Positions 1 to 11,801 are shown, numbered from the stretch's first letter. The stretch: 45,328 bases of DNA from Octopus bimaculoides (GCF_001194135.2 NC_068981.1:16749078-16794405); one strand, 5' to 3'. Notes: generated from the sequence alone by a model not told the origin. Translations and numbers: made by a program.

Positions 1-54
<54 letters not shown>

Positions 55-524
55 GCATACATATGCACATATATATAAGTTTCTTAACCTTATACACAAT
101 GCATATATACCTGTGTGTGCATATGTACAAATATCCAACTGTATGTTGGTATGTTTGCATGAGTTTAATCATATGCTCAGATAAGATACCCCCGCTTTGT
201 GTTTCTAAAATATTGGCCTATCTTAATATCAAACAAACATTCAATTTTAAGAGACAGCCAGGATGACTAAATTAAATATATTGGAAGCTGTTGTAAGGTG
301 TTGCTAATGAAATAATATTTGAAATTTTGGATTCAACATTTGATAGCAACCTATGGACTTAAGCATATCAGCTTCCGGCCTCATTAACAGTTGAAAGACA
401 TCTTCTACAGGTAAAATAAGGCTTCTTAAATTAATAGAATATACTCACAGTGTCGAACTGTCGAGTTAAACAGCATTAATATCCAAGAACAGCCATTGTC
501 CCACAGGCTGCTTTACGTTTATGA

Positions 525-680
525 TTGCAGGCGGTATGATTAAAATATTCGCTTTGCAATCACATAATTTTGGGTTCGATTCCACTACCCGGGATGATAG
601 GCAAACCTCCACAATCGTCGTGTAGGGCAAAAATTTTCTAGGTGGAATTTGATCGAAGGAAATCCTAGAAGACTGTCTCA
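525..680 (+). mobile_element. Highly decayed family-A-like SINE head
   Basis: ggcggtatgattaaaatattcgctttgcaatcacataattttgggttcgattccact (A/B-box-like), then aggtggaatttgatcgaaggaaatc..aagactgtc, loosely matching family A gtggatttggtagacggaaactgaaagaagcc. Confidence 0.45.
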
Positions 681-711
681 GGACAGTTAGTTGTCTTTAA
701 AAGTGTGCATT

Positions 712-913
712 ATATTCTTTACTACTCTAGGCACAAGGCCCGAAAGTTTTGGGGAGGGGGGCAGTCGATTAGATCATCCACAGTACGTAACTGGTACTTA
801 ATTTATCGATACCGAAAGGATGAAAGGTCAAGTCGATCTCGGCGGAATTTGAACTCAGAACGTAGCGGCAGACGAAATAACCCTAAGCATTTCACCCGGC
901 GTGCTAACGATTC
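712..913 (-). mobile_element. tRNA-derived SINE family B, tail type 1 (cccc-aaaatttcgggccttgtgcctagagtagaaaagaat), missing its first ~15 nt
   Basis: Near-identical in reverse complement to copies at 11590-11801 and 37084-37301: B-box-like gttctgagttcaaattccgccg, central cctttcatcctttcgg..tcgataaattaagtaccag. Confidence 0.9.
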
Positions 914-1148
914 TTATTTCTTTATTACCCACAAGGGGTTAAACATAGAGGGAACAAACAAGGACAGACAAACGGATTAAGTCGATTACATCGACCCCAG
1001 TGCGTAACTGGCACTTAATTTATCGACCCCGAAAGGATGAAAGCCAAAGTCGACCTCGGCAGAATTTGAACTCAGAACGTAACGACAGACGAAATACCGC
1101 TAAACATTTCGCCCACAGCGCTCACGTTTTTGCCAGCTCGCCGCCTTA
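914..1148 (-). mobile_element. tRNA-derived SINE family B, tail type 2 (aatccgtttgtctgtccttgtttg..cccttgtgggtaataaagaaata), full length
   Basis: Head aaggcggcgagctggcaaaa, B-box-like gagttcaaattc, central domain as in other B copies. Tail shared with 10616-10818. Confidence 0.9.
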
Positions 1149-1228
1149 AGGCGTGTCTTATATTGAAACAATCATACCAGGTTTCTAATCAAACAAAAAT
1201 TTCTTCCCATTAGCTTAAGCAACGTATT

Positions 1229-1333
1229 ATAAAGCGTCTTGCTCAAGAACACAACATACAGCCCGGTCCTGGAGTCGAACTCACTACCTCATGATTGTGA
1301 GCCCAACGCTCTAACCACTGAGCCATGTATCTT
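1229..1333 (-). mobile_element. SINE family C2, 5' fragment (tRNA head plus CORE-like block)
   Basis: Minus strand catggctcagtggttagagcgttgggctcacaatcatgaggtagtgagttcgactccagg..tgttgtgttcttgagcaagacgcttt matches the head of 16385-16680. Confidence 0.75.
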
Positions 1334-2647
1334 CATACATGCATATATATATATACATACATGTATATTTGTATGCATATATGTTTGTATGCATGCATTC
1401 ATGCATGTATGTATGCATGTATGTATGTATGTATGTACGTACGTATGTATAAGGGCTCCCAAATATATTGAAACTGATATAAACGTTTGCTTATTTTACA
1501 ACACTGCTTCCCCAGCCTTCTATATAATGTGTCCGAGGCTGGCAGCTGACGCACGCGTTCGGTAGTTTCCACACATTTTCTATAAGGAAGCTATTACTTG
1601 CAAAGTCATTTGAAGATTTTTCGCTGTGTATCTGATGTTGACGATGGCAATGGAGATTGAAATCCATACATCGCTTCACAAGGGTGTTCTAGGATGCGTA
1701 TTGGCAAATCGCAATGAAGAGGTCTTTTCTACAGGTCGTTTATGTCTCAAACATATCTAAACTGGTCAAAAAGGTTTTTGTTTTAAATTACAGAACTCTG
1801 CTCCCCATGTGAACGAGACTGCAGAAAATTTTGAAGGAAGTGTGAATGCGATATAGAAACAGGAATTATTGTAATTAATCAATTAAGAATATTTAATTAA
1901 GAATAAAATAACTTATTATGAATGTCTGAATTTCTGTTAGTGGAGTGACACTTCCGAGATAAAATGCCTGTTCCACATAAGGTCTCGAATCAAGAAATCA
2001 AGAATGTGTGTGTATGTATGTGTGTGTGTACAACTGGATAGAAATATATATTTATGTATATGTAAATAGACAGATGCGTACATGCATACAAAAAAGTATG
2101 TATACACACAGGTGTTTAAATACATACGTGCATGGGTGCGTGTGTGTGTGTGCGCGCGCGCGCACGTATGTAGATCTTGATATCTAAACGTATATACAAG
2201 TTAAGTCCGATATTGGCGATGATATGTATGACAGCACTTAAAAACTGTGGCAAACTTCACTGGCTGTTTGCATATATTGAATTTTTGAGGCGTAAGAAAT
2301 CTAATGTCACAATTTTGCCAAAAGCGCTGGCAGCATCAATCAAGTGATAAAAGTACGAATTAGAGCAGAAACCAGTTTTTAACCTCAGTTTTTATGTTAT
2401 AGACTTCTTTTAGAAGCTGCTCATATTCACAAATATATTTGATTCATATGATAAATACGGTAAGATATTATAAATCCTGTGCATTCAATATATATAAGTT
2501 AATGTCATGCCTAATTTAAATAATAAAAAATTGTTTAAGAAATAGATGTTATTTATTTGTTTATTAAATATCTGTGTGTATGGATAGAGAAAGAGAGAGG
2601 AAGGGTGTAAGACACAATTATGTCTGTGCGAGTGTGGGTAGAAGTAT

Positions 2648-2703
<56 letters not shown>
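2648..2703. repeat. (GATA)n microsatellite
   Basis: Direct reading of the tandem gata tract. Confidence 0.95.
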
Positions 2704-2704
<1 letters not shown>

Positions 2705-2888
2705 CTATGACTATATTTATCTTTATAGGTATAAATATGTGTTATATATATAATTATACATATTCTCAAAATATTACAGCATGGATCGTATTTTCAATCT
2801 AAAGTAATTATATCGTCGAAAAGAAATTTTAGCTGTATAAGAATACACAACTGTTATAATCAGTTTTCATACTACGCCATATGCCCAC

Positions 2889-2948
2889 GGGCATATGTCG
2901 TAGTGGTTAAGAGCGCGGGCTACTAACCCCAAGCAGTGACCTGAACAC

Positions 2949-3004
<56 letters not shown>

Positions 3005-3140
3005 TCGAAAAATACCATAGGAATGAGAATCCAGGTTCGAAATTTCTCCAAGACACCTGAAGAACGCTGGAGGGTATATCAGCCGAAACGTTGTGTTAAC
3101 GACAAACAAGATGAAGACGAATATCCGTCTAATGTAAATG
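2889..3140 (+). mobile_element. Family D element: tRNA-like head + (AAT)n + hammerhead-bearing 3' region
   Basis: A-box-like tgtcgtagtgg (2896-2906), anticodon-arm-like ggg-ctactaa-ccc, aagcagtgacctgaa, (AAT)n 2950-3002, then catcgaaaaatacc..gaaatttctccaagacacctgaaga..ccgaaacgttgtgtt shared with 11903-12255 and 35049-35390. Confidence 0.85.
3052..3097 (+). ncRNA. Minimal type-I hammerhead ribozyme motif; base of stem II mismatched
   Basis: GACAC-CTGAAGA-A-CGCTG-gagggtatat-CAGCC-GAAA-C-GTT-GTGTT. Core CUGANGA/GAAA intact; stem I GACAC/GTGTT; G>C change at the first stem II pair. Confidence 0.6.
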
Positions 3141-3580
3141 ATCAGTTTTCGTTTATATCGTGACGTAATATCGTTTAATTAGGTCAAAGGATTTATGTCG
3201 CATTTCATCAGCCTATTCGTATACACAATTCCAATGCAGTCATCTCAAAAATCTGGCAATGAGCTTACATGTATTTGCTGCTTTCTTCCATTTGCTAAAC
3301 CCTCTTCTTCATTCATCTTTTATTTGCTATTTTTGTGATATTCTGGACCACTTGCGGCGTATTTTTGCACTGGAATACTTGACTTACGTATTTCCAAGCA
3401 ATCGTCGGACGCTGGGCACACGGTTTGTTGTATTTGAAAATTAGGATACTAGAACATGATGAAACACAAGAACACAATTGAGAAGAAGGTTAATACAAAT
3501 AGTGGAGTCATCCGACAGTACGATGACGGCTTAATAGACCAAAAATTCGAAGTCGCTGTCAATACTATCCTTGTTAAATG

Positions 3581-3617
<37 letters not shown>

Positions 3618-3706
3618 CGAGAGAGAGAGATATCACTCACATATGTATATACATATATATGCATGCATATAGACACATATGTATATGTATGTAAATATAT
3701 ATGTAT

Positions 3707-3744
<38 letters not shown>

Positions 3745-4034
3745 CGACTGGTACTGTTATGCCCTAGCTTTCTTCAAGCTACAGAATACTTATTGTGAAT
3801 CGCTAAAATATCTTGTTTGTGCTGCTTTCATTCTGAGGGTAAATTATGATTAATGAGCAAAAATATATTAACTGAGGTGATATGAAAATATCAAGATATA
3901 GATATTAAAACAAATCCTTACGTATATTCCGTGTATTCTCCCGGAAACGAATCGTGTGCCCAGTGGACATAAATTTCTATATAGGGACATAGTAATGGTT
4001 AAGTTATCGGCGTCAGGTACACTGTGAAAATTCT

Positions 4035-4264
4035 TTATCATCTTTTATTGTTTTAGTCAGTAGGCAGCTGCCATACTGGAGCACCTCCCTGAAGAATTTT
4101 AGGTGAATGAATCGAAACCAATTATTTCTTTGTTAAACCTGAAATTTATTCTATTGTATTTGCCGAACCGCTAACTTACCAACCCAGGTTGTCAAGTAGT
4201 AGTGGGGGACAAACACAGACACAAAGATATACATACACAGGCAAACGGACACAGAAACACACAA

Positions 4265-4297
<33 letters not shown>

Positions 4298-4444
4298 ATA
4301 NNNNNNNNNNNNNNNNNNNNNNNNNNNNNNNNNNNNNNNNNNNNNNNNNNNNNNNNNNNNNNNNNNNNNNNNNNNNNNNNNNNNNNNNNNNNNNNNNNNN
4401 NNNNNNNNNNNNNNNNNNNNNNNNNNNNNNNNNNNNNNNNNNNN

Positions 4445-4477
<33 letters not shown>

Positions 4478-4610
4478 CTACAACGGGCGTCTTTCAGTTT
4501 CCGTCTACCAAATCGACTCACAAGGCTTTGGTCGACCCGAACTTACAGTTGAAAACGCTTGTACAAGTTGCCATGCACTGGGACTGAACCCGGAACCATG
4601 TAGTTGGAAT
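4035..4610 (-). mobile_element. SINE family A (tRNA head, CORE-like block, internal microsatellite with gap, 3' module), diverged
   Basis: Plus strand ctttcagtttccgtctaccaaatcgactcacaaggctttggtc..ctgggactgaacccggaaccatg and tail ttgccgaaccgctaac..ggttgtcaag..ggggacaaacacagacac, homologous to 27815-28227. Confidence 0.85.
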
Positions 4611-6692
4611 CTATATAACTTCCAGAGTGTGACGTAGGATTTCAACAACCACGTTAACTAATCAACCAATAGCTACTGTAGTCTCCTTGATAAAGATAGA
4701 ACTCACAGTAATTAGAACTCTGGTCCGATGTACAACAGACTAAGTTATATCTTACCAGACAACTATTTACTTTCTATATATTCTTCACTTTACTTTCCCG
4801 AGATAGAATCCTCTTATGTTACAGACATGTTCTTGAAATGTCTAAGATAAAGTAGCAAGATAATGTCCTCTTGGCAGATTTACTTTCGTAGATAGAAACA
4901 ACAAAGATAGTCATTAATGGTACGAAACCTTCTAAAAGGAAGATAGTCGGAGTGCCGTGAAAATGAAGCCTGTTTCTTAATTAATTCACCATATAATCAG
5001 AAATTTGATGAGAAGTTAAAAGAAATCGTTTAACTTGATTTCAGATTTGTCGGAATATCAAAAGTCAACTTTGTACATCTTGTGTAAATAAATGGTAACA
5101 TTTTACATGATAAGACTTACTACAGAGAATAATATCGATATCTGTGTAGGATTGGTATTGGTATAAAACAAAAGTAAATGTTTTACATTATTAAGTTCAA
5201 AAATAAATAGCGATTGTGAAATGTTTTCATTCAGATTCGGTTGATAAAACTTAATGTAATTGAGTATTGCACTGTAAGGGAAATTGGTGGATAGAAACTG
5301 TGTTGTAAAAACCTATCGAGTGTTTGAGTGTAATATGTGTACGTGAGAGAGAGAGAGGAGTGAGGGTGAGTGATAAAAAGTGTGAGTGTGTATATGCACG
5401 TGTGTGGCTGTGTGTGTGTGTCCGTATCTATGTGTATGTTGTGTAACATACACACAGAGTTCGTTAAATTGAGCTGCTTATGTTAAGTACTGGTTTCGCC
5501 AGGGCCGACGACATCCGCTAAACATTTGGAAACACAGCTAGACGGCGGATTCGGACCAACGATAAATGAATATATAAACACATATTTATTTCAAAGAGAC
5601 TTAATTTAAAAAAACATAAACCTCCTAAGTCAGGTCATGGCTCCTTACAATTCCCGTTATCTATTCACCGCACATATCAGTCAGTTACTGAGTTTAGTCG
5701 AACCGCAAATGCCCGCCAGCAATTCTTGAGTAATGCAAACGAAAAAGTACCAAAGTTTTCCTTGCAATTTAGGTAGAGTGTTCTGTAACATACAAAGATG
5801 GTTTCTCTCAAGTGCTTTACATCATTAAAGCCATCTTCTCGTAATTCTTATTCATGTATTGATTCTTACTATTGACGTAGATTATTTAAATCATCCATCA
5901 GTACTTTGTTTACTGTACAAAGTCTGTGAAATCACACAAACGACTGAGGGTTCGACCGAGGAAGATCATTTCGCTTTCCCTATATACTCAATCTTCGTTT
6001 TAAGGTGTTTTATTTCTTTTGACGTCTTCCACGGGTGTTTTTTCTCCCTGTTCAGTTTACCACCTTATAGTTAAAAAATGACGTGGTACAGTTTGAAAGG
6101 ATCGTCAATTGCATCGTTTTTGGCTTCCCATTTTTCGGTTACTGCGATTAGATTTTGCGGCTATCATCGACGTTGCAATCTGTGATGCAATTGTAATGTT
6201 CTGGAATCATTAGGTAGCTTAACTGGCTGTTGTTTTCCAGGGAACGCTGTTCATTTTTTACCCCTGTTCACCATGTCCTTTCGTATGGAAGCCCTTTGTA
6301 TTGTCCTTAATGTTACACGTACATTAACAAATCTTCCATTGTACTAACATTCTTTTGGCATTTACTTTCACATCATCGCAGGGATTGCTTTATGATCTTC
6401 AGAGATAATCTGGACATGAATACCGTTTGAGCCGCAGTTAATTGAATGTTGCTACTGAGTTTCTTGCCACATATATCAGGTACATTCCACGTCTCAAAAG
6501 CGGATGTCAAACCAACAATCAACATCAATATCCCTCACTGTGAACCACTAATTGCGCAGTCACAAATATTGTGACTTGACCTAAGCATCGGCTATAGGTA
6601 CCTCCCAATCAGTGGTTCTCAACTAGGGTTCACATGACTCTTCAAGAGCCATGTAAAATTTAGGTGGTTTATCATACTTATTGCATATAATT

Positions 6693-6848
6693 GGACTGGC
6701 TGTGCGGTAAGCAGCTTGCTTACCAGCCACTTGGTTCCGGGTCCAGTCCCACTGCGTGGCACCTTGAGCAAGTGTCTTCTACTATAGTCTCCAGCCGACC
6801 AAAGCCTTGTGAGTGGATTTGGTAGACGGAAACTGAAAGAAGCTCGTC

Positions 6849-6880
<32 letters not shown>

Positions 6881-7031
6881 CAACATCGCTTAGTGATTTG
6901 ACAGGAGAGACCGAGAGAATAAGTACTAGGCTTACAAAGTATAAGTCCTGGGGTGGATTTGCTCGACTAATGGCGGTGCTCCAGCATGGCCACAGTCAAA
7001 TCACGGAAACAAATAAAAGAATAAAAGAATA
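6693..7031 (+). mobile_element. SINE family A, near full length with an internal deletion in the 3' module
   Basis: ggctgtgcggtaag (A-box-like), ggttccgggtccagtcccac (B-box-like), ggcaccttgagcaagtgtctt (CORE-like), (TG)n, tail ending aaataaaagaataaaagaat. Confidence 0.92.
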
Positions 7032-8139
7032 CACAAAAAATATTTCAACGTGTTTTTTTTTATACAATTCCACATAATATTCAAATATGAAAATATAATG
7101 GGATTTTTCGGCTTTAAATGGTTATGGGGGGTGTCCAAAAGATTAAAATTGGAATCAGAGGAGCCCACAAGTCAAAAATGGTCAAAGTCTCTCAAGAGTA
7201 CATAAGGGAAACTGCTCCCTCCTCACTTTATGAATAGAAAAAAATACTCAATTGTAATTTATAAAACTAATTTTAGGATAATGATAATGATGAATATGGA
7301 GTGATAGTGAAGGACACCAATTGTTCTACAAGCGAAGTATTTGCATCTTGAAACACCGATTGTCTTCATTGCGTCATAAATTAAATACATACGCTCCGAT
7401 TGCATTTGATTATGGAAATCAACTAATAAACGGTTGCCCTACTCTAATCATTTAGGCAATTAGTTTTAATGAAACTTTCCTGTCGTAGATGAAGCGATCC
7501 AGTAAAAAGGTTTTTCTGATCCATAAGTAAACCAGACAGTTTTGTTTTTCTCAGCCAATCGCTTCGTGCGTAACACTATTTTGTGTCTGCTGGGGCTAAC
7601 AAAAAAGAAAGTGATATCTTTTCCCTGGTTTTCTCTCATTGGCAAAATGTATGATCACGTGTCCAGTGTTGGTGTTAAGTGTATCGTTGCAAGTGATCGA
7701 TTTAATGGTATTATCTGTTAAAAATAGAAATATTTATTAATCTAAGAAAAAAATCCGTGTTGTCTGTCAAAAAGGCTTTATTGTTTCCCAATTGGATACG
7801 TACGTATTTCATTGCAATTAAATTTGTTTCTTGTTTTTTGTTGTTTTTTTTTTCAGTTTTGTTTTTTCAACAATAATTCTCTTTTATGTAGGTCGTTGAT
7901 TATTTTTGGCAGGAAGCCATCTTAAATTGAATGAATACAAAATAAATTTATCTTCAAATGTGTCCAAAACTGACATGCTATAATTCTTCCCGGTGCGGGC
8001 AGATATCCAAAGTGCGCCAGAGGGCTTCCCTTAAAAGATATTTAAAAAGAAACGTTTTAATCTTCAGTCGCACTTCGACGAAAAAAAAAAAAACCAAAAT
8101 TCACAAAGCGAGCAGCAGCATATCCGCGCAGAGAAGGAT

Positions 8140-8152
8140 ATGATGATGATGG

Positions 8153-8183
<31 letters not shown>

Positions 8184-8237
8184 GATGATGATGATGATGA
8201 CGATGACGATGACGGCGACGACGACGATGACGACGAC

Positions 8238-8271
<34 letters not shown>

Positions 8272-8279
8272 GTGATGAT
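8140..8279. repeat. Compound (GAT)n/(GAC)n trinucleotide microsatellite
   Basis: Direct reading; it produces the poly-S, poly-H and poly-M ORFs in the track. Confidence 0.95.
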
Positions 8280-8289
8280 AAACGCTCTG

Positions 8290-8745
8290 ACGCATTACCA
8301 GGCACTGGCTCACGTGGCTTCTGATCTTAGCTGATTGGAAGTATTATCAACTACATGTTTTTTCTCTTGATATAAATGATGGGCTACAGCAAATATTCTG
8401 CTCAATACTACAAGTTTGCTTGTCAGTTGCTTGACCTTAATCTGTTGAGCATGTGCCTTAGTGGCTGACGATATGAGCATCTCTGATCACGAGCAGAAGT
8501 AGTAGGGGAGCATCATAGTCATGTGTTGAGAGGAATTTTGTGGGGTTTGAATAATTCGCCTCCCTTATCCAGGGATCTTTTGACTGGGATACGCTAAGCG
8601 ACCTGAAGAAAATTCTAACTGGGTCCCACTTGCAAGGTCATGCGCTGTTTATCTTGATATGAGATCACCATGTAGCGTACATATAGTTTTGATGCATGTG
8701 CGTGGTGTACCCTCATCAGACGGGCTTTGAATGTTTTACCCTAGT
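8290..8745 (+). mobile_element. Probable non-coding 3' part of an octopus non-LTR retrotransposon or other dispersed repeat
   Basis: Recognised from memory as a common octopus repeat (gacctgaagaaaattctaactggg..cttgatatgagatcaccatg..cagacggg). No coding motif and no second copy in this window to confirm it. Confidence 0.35.
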
Positions 8746-8774
8746 GTCATTTTCATGGTTTTTTTCATTGTTGT

Positions 8775-10545
8775 TTCGCTGTCTAAAGGCATCACAATCG
8801 CTACCGTTCACGTCCAAGACTACAAATTTGCCGTCCGGGTCTTTCTGGAACAACACAGACACCTATTCTGGATGCGAAAATCTCAGAATCGCCAAAGCGG
8901 GTTCTAAGGCGTTTGTCGGAAATTCTAACCTTGCTGACGGCTATCACATCTAAACATAGCTATCTGATGTCATTGTGCAGGCAACTCCGCTTCCAGATTG
9001 ACCCCAAGCCACTAGCATTTATTCAGCCCACTCTTAAAATCGCAATTTTGGCTGAAAATAAGAGAAGAAAAGAGATCGCCTACTTTAAATTTTTTTTCTG
9101 GTAGGTAGGTGCTCAGGTATGTGAAGATTGAGGTTCCTATTCAAAGCCGTGACGATTGGTTTACTAATGTCATGAGCAAAATACTTTCTCATTTCCCCGT
9201 GCTAGGTAACAGAGCAGTTCTATATTTATCCTTCTTAATAATACAAAGTTGGGTGATTTTTTGGTTTATGTCAGTCCTTTGTGCTAAGAAAAAGAGATGT
9301 TCTTTATTTATTTTTATTACTTTATTTCTTTATTACTAACACACATTTATGTGCAATTTGTTTTTGTTGTGGTTGGATATGTCTGGACTTGTGCTTGTCT
9401 TCTGGTTTTGTTCTTTTGTGTTTATTGTTGTTTCGCTGTACATTGTCTTCCTATTCTTGTTCTTAGAATTGGTGGTTGTCAAGCTGAATCTGTTATCATA
9501 CATTTGGTGTTGTGTTGCGCTTCGCTTCTTTTCTTTTTTGATATTTCTCCCTTTTTGATCTCTTTGCACCCCCTCTCTCCACACATATCCTATCATCAAC
9601 TGATGTATGGTCGGCAGACTCCGGCTCAGACGAGGGGAGGAGCATATTTTCTCATGTGATTGTATCTGTGATTTTGCATGAAGGCAGGGAGTAAACAAGG
9701 ACAACGAGAGAAATCAGGGTTAGTATAACCCCTGGGTGGCGATTATGTTTTGACTGTCAGTATTCTCTGCCACATCGCTAACTCCTACGGACGGAGTTAA
9801 TGGTTAGAGTTACTGTTGATGCTAATTGCACAACTTCAGCTGCGATTGTGAGTGTTGTCGATTTTTCTGTTCTTGCTGATGCTGTTGCTGATGCTGTTGC
9901 TGATGCTGGTCAAAATTTCCTCCCATTTTTTCATTGTTGCTGAAGTTGGTACTGTTTCTGTTGTAGCACAGTCATATTCTTGTTACTCTTGTTATTGTTG
10001 TCATTGTTGTAGTATTAGCGATGGTGTCTGCAACAGTGGGATCCTCCTGCCTCCTTTCTTGTTTTAGTTCCTAGGGAAATAAACTCTCGGAGATGGTCCC
10101 CTGTTCTGCAGACACGGCATCTCGTTTATCTACCCTCCACAGTTATTTGAATCCTGTCCCATTCAATTGTGGAAGAAGATCTGCGACCCTCTCCAGTTGG
10201 TTAGGCTTTACATATAGAAGCGCGTCTAGTGTGGTACCAGTCCTACCTTGTTCATTTAACAGCCTTCTGGATACTACCCACGAGGACTATGCAGGTGAGA
10301 ATCTATCAACGATCTAATTCTGGTGGGACCCCGGTACAATAATTTTTCTCACCCACTTCCCAAATATTTACGTACGAGAACATAATCCCCACTGTGGTAT
10401 GAGGTCATTGAGTGTCGTACCGGAAGGGGGTTGGTCTTATTTAAGACTTTCACCCTGCCAAATTGCCTTGCCATAGATACGTAGTCGATATACTACCATA
10501 TATTGAGGAGAGCTAATCAATGTTTTCCAAAGACATTTTAACAAT
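8775..10545 (-). pseudogene. 5' half of a decayed L1/Tx1-like LINE: ORF1 (gag-like, zinc-knuckle relic) plus start of ORF2 APE endonuclease
   Basis: Minus-strand translation 9050-8880: ILRVG*INASGLGSIWKRSCLHNDIR*LCLDVIAVSKVRI (APE N-terminal xxNxxGL..DVI). 8842-8782: KDPDGKFVVLDVNGSDCDAFR (typical L1/Tx1 EN). 10160-10084: RIQITVEGR*TRCRVCRTGDHLRE (CX2CX4H, last Cys lost). Many stops and frameshifts. Confidence 0.75.
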
Positions 10546-10615
10546 CTTAGTGAACCAAAGTAAACACTACGAGAAATTCATTAGTAATAATATCAATAAT
10601 AATAATAATAATTTA

Positions 10616-10818
10616 ATTCTTTATTTCCCCCAGGGAAGGCTAAACATAGAGGGGACAAACAAGGACAGACAAAGGGTCTAAGTCGATTACATCGACGCTA
10701 GTGCGTAACTGATACTTAATTTATCGACACCGAAAGGATGAAAGGCAAAGTCGACCTCATAGCAGCAGACGAAATACTGCTAAGCATTTCGCCTAGCATG
10801 CTAACGATTCTGCCAGCT
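10616..10818 (-). mobile_element. SINE family B, tail type 2, B-box region deleted
   Basis: Matches 914-1148, but gtcgacctc joins directly to atagcagcagacgaaa, losing ggcggaatttgaactcagaac. Confidence 0.88.
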
Positions 10819-11589
10819 TAATAATAATAATACTGATAATAATAATAACAACATCAATAGAGTATTGCCGTTCCATCACTGATTGTAAGCAGACGACCTA
10901 AAATGTAAACATAATGTTTATGCCGGAAACTGAAGAATATTAAAACAAAACAAAACGAATAAGTGTTCTTAAATAAATATTCTGTAAACTATATAGCTTG
11001 TTAATATAATGCTGATGGGAACATCAAACCTGCAATCAATGCTTCTCTATAAACATATTTGCTTTAGGATGAAGAGTGCTATGTTCCGACTCTTTCTGCT
11101 TTATTTTGGTTCTCGAAGTTTTGCATTTTAGCTATTAATTGCATTATAAATGTCTTTCTTGCAGCAGTAGCCAGTTGTAACTTTGGTTTCCTTGAACAGC
11201 TTGTGGAATCAGTTGGTATTCTAGGAAATGATATCCAGTTATGGAACAATAATGTCTTGGAAGTTTTGTTTATACACCAAAGCTATATGGTAGATCATGT
11301 CATTTAGCATTTATTCTCAGAGTTTTATAGGGACAGTTGCTAGATAGTTTTCATATTACTGTATTGTTTTCGGTTTTTTATGTATTATCGCCTCACTAAA
11401 GTACTCCGCAACCCTGTTGAAACTGTGTCATCGAAGGAGAATGTATTACAATGTTTTCTTTATTGGAATATACTTGATAATGGTTGCTGGAATAATTGAT
11501 AGTGAATGAACATTGGGATGTCATTTGGTTTAAACGAGAGCTCATAGGATTCTAAGTTTAGTTTAAGAGCTATACACAGTATGTTAACT

Positions 11590-11801
11590 GCTCTGGCAGA
11601 AAGGTTAGCACGCTGGGAGAAATGTTTACCGGTATTTCGCCTGTCTTTACATTCTGAGTTCAAATTACGCCGATGTCGACTTTGCCTTTCATCCTCTAGG
11701 AATCGATAAATTAAGTACCAGTTGCGTACTGCGGACGATCTACTCGACAGGCCCCCCTCCCCCAAAATTTCGGGCCTTGTGCCTAGAGTAGAAAAGAATA
11801 T
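11590..11801 (+). mobile_element. SINE family B, tail type 1
   Basis: ctggcagaaaggttagcacgctggg..ttctgagttcaaattacgccg..gcctttcatcc..gataaattaagtaccag..cccaaaatttcgggccttgtgcctagagtagaaaagaat. Confidence 0.9.

Noticed and set aside
3250-3580. Minus-strand frame resembling a TM helix plus stem (MTPLFVLTFFSIVFLCFIMF*YPNFQ..)
   Set aside because: It has internal stops, no recognisable family and no clear splice sites, and hydrophobic runs are expected from T-rich DNA.
4089-4118. CTGAAGA...GAAAC resembling a hammerhead core
   Set aside because: No stem II can form; it lies in a decayed family A tail.
6612-6640. CAGTGGTTCTCAAC, a hAT/Charlie-like TIR
   Set aside because: No convincing matching opposite end was found, so the element cannot be delimited.
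7551-7800. Cluster of CCAAT/ATTGG motifs and a CACGTG E-box as a promoter
   Set aside because: These short motifs are expected by chance, and there is no associated gene or TSS evidence.
8057-8334. Poly-Ser, poly-His and poly-Met ORFs
   Set aside because: They are translations of a (GAT/GAC)n microsatellite in several frames.
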